Shown: piece after piece, positions 39,018 to 45,183 of the stretch
Position numbering within the stretch: the first letter of the stretch is position 1
Layout of the letters: each line of letters starts with the position of its first letter
Origin: Planctomycetota bacterium
GTDB lineage: Bacteria > Planctomycetota > GCA-002687715 > DRQF01
DNA: 45,183 nucleotides
Assembly: GCA_036479435.1 (NCBI GenBank)
Contig: JAZGFI010000042.1
Location: 1-45,183, forward strand
Direction of reading: 5' to 3'
Notes under the pieces: model-generated
What the model was told of the DNA's origin: nothing
Seen by the model: only the letters and a program-made list of their open reading frames with translations
Databases searched by the model: none
Position numbers and translations under genes: made by a program

Positions 39018-40162
39018 CGCGACATCTTGGTTCCACGGCCTTGGGCCTTGGGGCGCTCAAGTCGTCCCAAGGTTCCACGCTTGTAGGACGCGTAATGTCC
39101 GCTCTCAATCGCCCCGCGAATGTCGCGCATCAAGTCTTCGTAGTAGTGAATGTTGTGGATCGAGGCGAGCGTGTTGTAAAGCGGCTCGCCCGCGTAGTGA
39201 AGGTGGCGCAAGATGGCGCGCGTGTAGTGTTCACAGGCGTAGCACTTGCACTTCGTGTCGATGGGATACTTGTCCTTGCGAAACTTCTTGTCGCCGATCC
39301 TAATGCGGCCGGTGCGTGTGAACAGGGTGCCGCCGCGGGCGTAGCGCGTGGGAATCACGCAATCGAACATGTCGATGCCGTGCTCGACTGCTTCCAAGAT
39401 ATCCTCCGGTGTTCCCACTCCCATGAGATAGCGCGGCAGGTTCTTCGGCAGCAAGGGAGTCGTCCAGGCGGTGACATCTCGCATGAGATCGTGGCCTTCG
39501 CCAACGCTCACGCCACCGACCGCAAAGCCGTCAAAGTCGATCGCGGTAATCTGCTTGGCGCTCCGCTTACGAAGGTCCTCGTGCGTTCCGCCCTGGACAA
39601 TGCCAAAGAGAAACTGGTGCGACCCGAGTTCAACCTTGCGACAGCGTGCGGCCCATCGCGCAGTGCGCTCCAAAGAGCTTTCGACGTATTTCTTAGGGGC
39701 TGGGTATTCGACGCATTCGTCAAAGGCCATTACGATGTCGGCACCCAAGTCTTTTTGGGTCAACATCGACGTTTCGGGGTCCAGAAAAATCGTCTTCGAG
39801 GACTTCTCTTCTTGGAAGGTGACGCCGTTGTCGTCGATCTTTCTGTTCGGAAGCGAAAAGACCTGAAATCCCCCGGAATCGGTGAGGATCGTCTTGGGCC
39901 AACTCATGAACTTATGAAGTCCACCGTGGCGAGCGACGAGTTCACGCCTACCGTCGTAAGAGAGGTGGTAGGTGTTGGCGAGGACGACTTCGGCCCCCGT
40001 ATCCAAGACCTGATGTGGCGTGAGCCCTTTGACGGCGCCCTGCGTGCCCACCGGCATGAAGGTGGGGGTTTGAACGGTACCGTGCTCGGTGGTGAAGCGA
40101 CCGCGTCGCGCCCCGCTTTGGTCCGTCTTCAAAAGCTCAAATTGGATGTCCTTTTTCGGCAT
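39014..40162 (-). CDS. tgt: tRNA-guanine(34) transglycosylase
   Basis: TPTFMPVGT, TDSGGFQ, FDEC, GIVQGG, SVGE, DMFDCV, CKCYAC..H zinc site. Confidence 0.97.
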   Translation of the reverse strand: MPKKDIQFELLKTDQSGARRGRFTTEHGTVQTPTFMPVGTQGAVKGLTPHQVLDTGAEVVLANTYHLSYDGRRELVARHGGLHKFMSWPKTILTDSGGFQVFSLPNRKIDDNGVTFQEEKSSKTIFLDPETSMLTQKDLGADIVMAFDECVEYPAPKKYVESSLERTARWAARCRKVELGSHQFLFGIVQGGTHEDLRKRSAKQITAIDFDGFAVGGVSVGEGHDLMRDVTAWTTPLLPKNLPRYLMGVGTPEDILEAVEHGIDMFDCVIPTRYARGGTLFTRTGRIRIGDKKFRKDKYPIDTKCKCYACEHYTRAILRHLHYAGEPLYNTLASIHNIHYYEDLMRDIRGAIESGHYASYKRGTLGRLERPKAQGRGTKMSR

Positions 40163-40210
40163 GCCGACAGCATATCGGAGTCCGATGCCGTCTTCGAGGC
40201 TCGATTTGGC

Positions 40211-40975
40211 TTAGCGGCGGCGACTTTTGCGACCACGGGCGTGGCGTTGACGAGAGGAGAGCCGTCCCTTAGGTGAGGGGCCGTCATCAAAATGGGAATC
40301 CTGTGTGCTTTTGGCCGCCGCGGCTTTTTTCAGGCCGAGTTCAAAATCTGGCGGCAGGGGGCTCTCGATGCGCAGAGCTTGCGGCAAATCGGGAGGGATG
40401 AAGTCCAAGGCCAGAGCGTGGAGGAGAGCGCGTTTGTGCTTCACGATGGCATCGCGACCGCGGGCGAACTTTCGTTCACCAACGATGGCGTGGCCCACTT
40501 GGGCGAAGTGCAGCCGAATCTGGTTGTGGCGACCCGTTTGGATGCGGGCTTCAACCAGCGCGCAGCGCCCGACCCTGCGAATGACTTCGTAGAAGGTTTC
40601 AGCAGGTTTTCCGGCCTTCGAAATGACTGCGGAAGCGCCGAGGTCTTTGATGGGAAAGATGAGCTTGCCACGCGGCGGCGAGGGCCAGCCCTGGACTAAA
40701 CAAAGGTAAGTTTTTTCAACCCGGCGGGAGCGAAAAGCCTCGATCAAACGGTCGGCGGCTTTTTGGTTCTTTGCGAACACCAAGACCCCTGAGGTCTCAT
40801 AGTCGAGCCGGTGCACCGCGATGGCCTTACGTCGATCGGCACGCAGTCGCTCCCATACCGAAAGCCCGAGGTCTTTGGAGCCCTTCGGTGCCGGCACGCT
40901 CATCATGCGGGCGGGCTTATCGACGGCGAGCATGTCGTCGTCTTCGTAAATCAGACTTAGGGGTCTTTTAGCCAC
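40211..40975 (-). CDS. RluA-family pseudouridine synthase
   Basis: VDKPA, HRLDYETSG, TGRHNQIRLH, LLHA. Confidence 0.93.
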   Translation of the reverse strand: MAKRPLSLIYEDDDMLAVDKPARMMSVPAPKGSKDLGLSVWERLRADRRKAIAVHRLDYETSGVLVFAKNQKAADRLIEAFRSRRVEKTYLCLVQGWPSPPRGKLIFPIKDLGASAVISKAGKPAETFYEVIRRVGRCALVEARIQTGRHNQIRLHFAQVGHAIVGERKFARGRDAIVKHKRALLHALALDFIPPDLPQALRIESPLPPDFELGLKKAAAAKSTQDSHFDDGPSPKGRLSSRQRHARGRKSRRR

Positions 40976-41521
40976 TTAGCTTTCGAAACGACGGACGAAG
41001 GCCAAAAACCCCTTCGCCTGGTCTTTCAAACGTTGGCCGAGTTCGGCGTCTTTGAGCGCCCCGGTCTCAAAGTCAAATTGTTTGTAGCTGTCACCGATGA
41101 AAATGCGGCGCGGGTAGATGTAGGCGTTGCGGTAGCCGGCGACACCCTGAAGATGTTCGACGGCGCGAAGTCCCTGAAAACGTCCCGCAGCGAGGCCCAC
41201 AAAAGCAACGGGGCGATCGGCGAAGCCCTCGGGGTCGGGCAGCATGTCGAGAAAGAGCTTCAAGGCGCCCGGGTAGCTGCCGTTGTATTCTGGAACGATG
41301 ATGACCACGCCGTCACTTGCCAAAAAGCGATCCACCATCGCGCTGACGGAAGCAGCGGGGCTTTTGTAGGCCTCGGGATCCAAAAACTCCGGCCCCATCT
41401 CGCGAAGGTCGAGATAGTCAACTTCGCAGTCGAGGGCCCGGTAGTGGTCGGCCATCACCTCGGCGAGCCGGTGCGACAGCGATCCCTTGCGATTGGTGCC
41501 AGCCAAGACGGTGATGCGCAT
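40976..41521 (-). CDS. NADPH-dependent FMN reductase
   Basis: GTNRKGSLS, PEYNGSYPGALK. Confidence 0.92.
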   Translation of the reverse strand: MRITVLAGTNRKGSLSHRLAEVMADHYRALDCEVDYLDLREMGPEFLDPEAYKSPAASVSAMVDRFLASDGVVIIVPEYNGSYPGALKLFLDMLPDPEGFADRPVAFVGLAAGRFQGLRAVEHLQGVAGYRNAYIYPRRIFIGDSYKQFDFETGALKDAELGQRLKDQAKGFLAFVRRFES

Positions 41522-41774
41522 GCTTAGGAACTCCGATTCTGATAACGGCAAGGCTTATAACCCCCAAACTGAGGCCTTTCGAGGCGCTCTAAACGTGGGA
41601 GAGGGGCCTTTTGCCGAATCGAGGCCGAAATTGCGGGCGAGATTGGCACTTGGTGGAAAGAAGAACCCATCGGCTGCGTCTCATCTCGAAAGCCAAGCCA
41701 CGGAGGCTCCGGTGCTAGCGGCGGTCTGTTAAGATTTTGCCCGACTCGACTCAATCGATCGAAGGAGAAACGCA

Positions 41775-43883
41775 GTGTCGACGATTGCCAGGATTTCCAA
41801 TTGTAGATGGGGTGCCGCCGCAACGGCAACCATGACCGTGGCCTCCGTACTGATCTTGACGACCATCGCGACGGCTCAAGAGCCTTCTGCGGGTCCTTCA
41901 AAGGGACAGGAAATGCAGCGGATCAGTTTCGACGACACTTTGGGTTGGCGGCTTTTTCCCACCAGCCGAGGACCGTCAGGAAAATGGTCCAAGGACGGCA
42001 AGGCTTACTCCTTCCGCGGCGCTTGGTTCGATCTTGAGACCGGCAAAAAGATCAAAGCGCCCGATCCCCAAAAAAGCAAACCGATCGACAAATTCGCCGA
42101 GACCAACTCGGCCGCCGCTCTCGTCTTTTTCAGCCCCGACAAAAAGTGGCGCTCTGAAGTCCGCGATTGGAATCTCTTCGTCACTTCCACTGAAATGGCC
42201 GCCGCTGAACGAGTCGCCATCAGTTCCGATGGCAACAAAGAACTCCTCTACGGCATTTTGGATTGGGTCTACCAAGAAGAAGTCTACGGTCGTCACGACT
42301 TCCGCGGTCACTGGTGGAGCCCCGACTCCAAAAAAATCGCTTTCCTAAAGATCGACGAAGAACCCGTTGGCGAATTCACCGTCGTCGACCACATCCCGGT
42401 CACCTTAAAAACCGAGATCACCAACTATCCCAAGGCCGGTTATCCCAATCCCCGCGCCGAGCTTGGTATCTACGATCTCGAAACCAAAAAGACAATCTGG
42501 TGCGACCTAAGCCACTACGAAGGCCAAGAGCCTCTCGTCGTCAAAGTCGGCTGGACTCCCGACAGCTCCAAGGTCGTTTTCCAGATGCAGAACCGCATCC
42601 AGAACAAGCTTGACCTCAACTACGCCGACCCCGCCACCGGAACCGTCACGCGCCTCATTCACGAAGAGTCAAAAGCCTGGGTCAACGTCCTCGGCGACCC
42701 GCACTGGCTCGACGACGGTAGCTTTTTGTGGCTCAGTGAGCGCAGCGGCTACAAGCACGTCTATCACTACCAAGGCGACGGCAAGCTAAAGCGCGCGCTG
42801 ACTTCTGGCCCCTGGGAAGTCAAAGACATCCTCGCTGTCGACGAGAAAAGCCGCCGCCTCTTCTTCACCGGCAGCCGCGAATCGGCTATCGCCGTCGATG
42901 CCTACCGTGTTGGTTTGAACTGGGACGCAGACGGCAAAGACCTAGTCCGCCTCACCCCCGACCGCGGCAAACACCGCGTCAAACTCAACGCCGATCACAC
43001 GCATCTCATCGACCACTTCAGCTCCCTCGCCGCGCCACCCCGCGTCGTCCTTCGCGACCTCGATGGCAAGATCGTCCGGGATCTTGGCAGTGTCGAGCTC
43101 GAGGCCTCCCACCACTACGAGATGCCGCAATCGCACACCATCAAGACTCGTGACGGTTTCGAGATGGACGCCACCGTCATCATGCCGCACGCCTTCGACG
43201 CCTCGAAGAAGTACCCGGTCATGTTACTCACCTACTCCGGTCCCAACGCTCCCAGCGTAGGCGACGATTGGAACGGCAGCGTCTGGCACCAGTTCTTGGC
43301 CCAAGAGGGCATCATCGTCCTCCAAGTCAACAACCGTAGCTCTTCGCAAAAAGGCCAAGTTTCCACCGAGACCTGCTACAAAAACTTCGGCGAACAAGAA
43401 CTCAATGACCTTCTCGACGCCGTCTCTTGGCTCTGCAAAAACAGCTGGGCCGACGCCGACCGCGTCGGCATCTCCGGCTGGAGTTACGGGGGCTTCATGG
43501 CGGCCTACGCTTTGTGCCGTTCCAAGTCCTTCGCCCTCGGTTTAGCGGGCGCCGGCGTCTACAGTTGGCGTCTTTACGACACCATCTACACCGAACGCTA
43601 CATGAGCACGCCGCAACTCAACCCCGAAGGCTACAAGAACGCCTCACCCATGACATTCGCCAAAGACCTCCACGGTCACTTGGTCATGATGCACGGTACT
43701 ATGGACGACAACGTCCACCTCCAAAACTCCATCCAGTTCATCTTCGAACTCCAAAAAGCCGGCAAACAATTCGACTTCATGGTCTACCCCAAACAACGCC
43801 ACGGAGTCCGCGAACCCGCCCTCCGCCGCCACCTCCAACAACTAAAATGGAACGCCATCCAAAAGCACCTTCTTGGCACTTGA
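41775..43883 (+). CDS. Dipeptidyl-peptidase IV family (S9B) peptidase, exported
   Basis: DWVYQEE, YPKAG, GWSYGG, DDNVH and C-terminal His; signal peptide ending ATA. Confidence 0.95.
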   Translation: MSTIARISNCRWGAAATATMTVASVLILTTIATAQEPSAGPSKGQEMQRISFDDTLGWRLFPTSRGPSGKWSKDGKAYSFRGAWFDLETGKKIKAPDPQKSKPIDKFAETNSAAALVFFSPDKKWRSEVRDWNLFVTSTEMAAAERVAISSDGNKELLYGILDWVYQEEVYGRHDFRGHWWSPDSKKIAFLKIDEEPVGEFTVVDHIPVTLKTEITNYPKAGYPNPRAELGIYDLETKKTIWCDLSHYEGQEPLVVKVGWTPDSSKVVFQMQNRIQNKLDLNYADPATGTVTRLIHEESKAWVNVLGDPHWLDDGSFLWLSERSGYKHVYHYQGDGKLKRALTSGPWEVKDILAVDEKSRRLFFTGSRESAIAVDAYRVGLNWDADGKDLVRLTPDRGKHRVKLNADHTHLIDHFSSLAAPPRVVLRDLDGKIVRDLGSVELEASHHYEMPQSHTIKTRDGFEMDATVIMPHAFDASKKYPVMLLTYSGPNAPSVGDDWNGSVWHQFLAQEGIIVLQVNNRSSSQKGQVSTETCYKNFGEQELNDLLDAVSWLCKNSWADADRVGISGWSYGGFMAAYALCRSKSFALGLAGAGVYSWRLYDTIYTERYMSTPQLNPEGYKNASPMTFAKDLHGHLVMMHGTMDDNVHLQNSIQFIFELQKAGKQFDFMVYPKQRHGVREPALRRHLQQLKWNAIQKHLLGT

Positions 43884-43889
43884 GGACAC

Positions 43890-43934
43890 TTGCGGCGTTG
43901 ATCAGATGAGTTCCAAGGTAGTTGCCGCTTGAGT
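43890..43934. repeat. Short element, inverted copy of 210-260, able to form a hairpin
   Basis: TTGCGGCGTTGA-N16-GTAGTTGCCGCTTGAGT; GCGGCG can pair with TGCCGC; begins 6 nt after the DPP-IV stop. Confidence 0.55.
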
Positions 43935-44276
43935 GTTGCACTTCATTCCGGCGCCATTGATGCCGGCTTTGAATTTAGAGCGGCGCCTGACGTCAGATTC
44001 AAATACACGACTGTTGGTCAGAATTCGCAAAATCTGTAGCATGGGGCTTCATTGGACTATCGCCTAAGGTCTCCAACGCAAACGAAACGTCAGAGATTTC
44101 CTATTACATCCGGGCCCGGAATGGCCCTAACTTTTCATGCGCTTGCTTAGTTCTTTGGGTTTTGAGTTCTTAGTCGAAACTCGATGATGGCACGAGATCA
44201 CCGGAACAGTTTTTCGGCTTTCGAGCTGAAATGCTGCGTTGATCTGTCGCAGTACTTGGGGTTTTCGGGGAAACAA

Positions 44277-45058
44277 ATGAACTACATAGTCATAGTATCT
44301 GCAACCTGTTGTTTTTTGATTGTCGCCGGCTTCAGTGTAGTGGCTGGCGCGCAAAGCCTCCCTGAGACTTTCGTTCGCTTGGGGCCGGCGCAATTCGGTG
44401 ATGCTGGCGCGGCGCGGCATGAACCAGCTGGAGACATCGACGGAGATGGCCGCGCCGATTTCATTGAGTCGGTTTTTGAGTAAACCGTCGGCTTTCTCCA
44501 AATTCGAAACGCGGTCGTTTCGGGTGCAACCGGTGTTGACCTCGACAGCGCTCCCTTTGTTGGAGGGTTTGCGCCCTTTGGGCCGGAGCTCGGGCAACGG
44601 TTTTTTGCCCTTCGAGATATAGACGGCAATGGTATCAGTGAGTACGCCGACCTCATCGTGACGGTTCCCGCGCCGGGATTACTCAATACAACGCTGTCTG
44701 TTTATTCCGGTTTCCCTCGAGTTCTGCTGTGGCAAGTCGCCTACACCGGGCAAATTTGCCAAGGCAAAGAGGTGCGCCCTTTGGGCGATGTCGATGGTGA
44801 CGGGATCAAGGACGTCGGAGTATTTTTGGAATACTGAGTTCGCACCGAATCCGCAGATCTTTAGGTTCGAGTGCCTCAGCGGTGCTACAGGTGCACTCAT
44901 CTCTCAAGTCGGATCTACGTTCTTACGGGGCGACGGCATGGCTGATGTCGGTGACATCAATGGTGACGGATTCGACGACTACGTCTTGTCATCCCGAGCG
45001 ACGAATCTCGTTTTTCCCGGCGGTGGTAGCGCTTCTATATTCTCGGGTGCGGACAACT
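44277..45058 (+). pseudogene. Decayed FG-GAP propeller gene
   Basis: Signal peptide ending AGA; four repeats (DIDGDG, DIDGNG, DVDGDG, DINGDG) split by an in-frame TAA at 44481 and a +1 frameshift in the T5 run at 44823-44827; homology ends at 45058. Confidence 0.88.
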
Positions 45059-45183
45059 GTAACTGTCCGGTGAACCCCATCTTTTTGTCGCGCTGACAGA
45101 GCACAAGATACCTCCTCTTTTGTTCCTGAGGAGTGATCGCAATGAAGAGCGTAGAAGTTGAGATGAGGGCGGCGTTGGCTGGC
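45059..45183 (+). mobile_element. Probable left end of an IS66-family insertion sequence (runs off the window)
   Basis: GTAACTGTCCGGTGAACCCCATCTT resembles IS66 GTAA-type terminal repeats and interrupts a coding frame; GAGGAG RBS and an ORF from ATG 45142 (MKSVEVEMRAALAG...) sit where tnpA is expected. Confidence 0.62.

Noticed and set aside
39014..40162. tgt as a DNA-modifying DpdA or other non-canonical TGT
   Set aside because: It has the canonical bacterial tRNA-TGT residues (DSGG, DEC, SVGE, zinc site) and no dpd genes are nearby.
38825..40276. 483-aa antisense ORF
   Set aside because: Shadow frame opposite tgt; no independent coding evidence.
44481..44483. Programmed stop readthrough or phase variation in the FG-GAP gene
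   Set aside because: The stop is TAA (not Sec/Pyl), the T run is only 5 nt, and several independent lesions point to decay.
1..45183. CRISPR array, tRNA, rRNA or prophage
   Set aside because: No regularly spaced repeats, cloverleaf signatures or phage genes seen by eye; intergenic gaps are short.

Overview
GC-rich bacterial chromosome segment, most likely from a planctomycete-like lineage (inferred from the FG-GAP proteins with an SNGL-type C-terminal domain and the HEAT-repeat lipoprotein). It is mostly housekeeping genes: an Rrf2-sufBCDS-sufT operon running into cysZ, tldD/pmbA, mqnC, trxA-nrnA-MBL-pepA-ispG, eboB-eboA, a HEAT-DUF366-UPF0104-PfkB-thpR cluster, pgi, a DAACS symporter, an RNA-modification cluster (rluA-like, tgt, methyltransferase) and a DPP-IV peptidase. 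Both ends carry FG-GAP (integrin-alpha-like) propeller loci in turnover: one intact gene, an internally deleted tandem paralog remnant (544-720), and a decayed copy cut by a probable IS66 element at the right edge. The best candidate for new biology is an 873-aa membrane protein translationally coupled to cysZ, whose catalytic and membrane domains both resemble eukaryotic GPI ethanolamine-phosphate transferases (PIG-G/PIG-O). Other points of note are a catalytically dead CTP-synthase-type GATase, a DAACS transporter with a PDZ-like insert, a lipoprotein agmatine/peptidylarginine deiminase, twin Rrf2 operators, and a short element shared by the two FG-GAP neighbourhoods. No rRNA, tRNA or CRISPR array was seen. 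All family calls are motif recognition by eye; no searches were run.
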